From Paragordius varius (Eukaryota > Animalia > Nematomorpha), in contig OZ176055.1 of NCBI GenBank assembly GCA_964247055.1, positions 4,526,001 through 4,590,000 of the forward strand: DNA of 64,000 nucleotides. The letters are read 5' to 3'. A program made the translations under genes and the position numbers. The notes under the pieces were generated by a model. That model worked only from the letters and a program-made list of their open reading frames with translations. It ran no database searches and was not told where the DNA came from. How positions within the stretch are numbered: position 1 is the first letter of the stretch; the number at the start of each line of letters is the position of its first letter. Positions 63,690 through 64,000 of the stretch are shown one piece after another.

Positions 63690-64000
63690 CATTGTGTGCA
63701 AAAAAGAGGGTTAATTTTTAACAAAAAAAGTTATTTTTCATGAGATAGCTTATGATCAGTGAATTCGTTTGCCGCAAAAAATTTAATTTGTTAACGACCT
63801 AGTTTTGAATTATTGAGAGAAAATCGAAATCGGGCAAAAAATGAAAATTAAGGATAATTTAAAAAATAATCATAAAAATTGAGATATTATGGTTTATTAT
63901 TATTTTAGGATATATTTTCTGAGATAAATAGCCTAAAATCATATAAATAGGGTTTAAATAAGATCTTAGATCAAAAGATGGCGTTTTACTTTTAATACAC
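63690..64000 (+). mobile_element. Left arm of a second foldback element copy, truncated by the window edge
   Basis: CATTGTGTGCAAAAAAGAGGG... is colinear with 23764-24080. Confidence 0.75.

Noticed and set aside
1-64000. Ciliate or other protist origin, or a variant genetic code, suggested by the about 25-nt introns
   Set aside because: TAA and TGA terminate conserved proteins at the expected positions, and the gene set (LASP, WAP/LDLa mosaic, RDS-like tetraspanin) is animal-like.

Overview
This is very AT-rich eukaryotic (animal, invertebrate-type) genomic DNA using the standard genetic code. I found no prokaryotic features, rRNA, true tRNA or CRISPR. I hand-assembled 13 intron-aware gene models with consistent phases: CERT (3' end runs off the window), an intron-containing small HSP, myosin essential light chain, RHBDD1, an SH3-less LASP-like gene, GTF2H3/Tfb4, SNIP1, ALKBH1, a peripherin-2/ROM1-like tetraspanin, an intronless small HSP, a secreted WAP + 4x LDLa Pro-rich protein, a 72-aa cationic prepropeptide missing from the ORF track, and a decayed Chapaev3-like transposase. 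The genes sit among many DNA transposons and MITEs (Chapaev3, hAT Blackjack/Charlie, piggyBac-like, foldback), RTE-type LINE stubs and a SINE. Main points of interest: (1) a class of 19-29 nt GT-AG micro-introns in host genes and in a transposase, alongside kb-long TE-filled introns; (2) degenerate 5' splice sites; (3) head-to-head gene pairs with only 23 and 41 nt between start codons, sharing an identical 12-mer; (4) a signal peptide/furin site/Gly-Arg-His-rich amidation-competent peptide gene; (5) a palindromic two-right-ends Chapaev3 element. The species cannot be named from the sequence. All models and family assignments are by eye and from recalled family motifs, not database searches.
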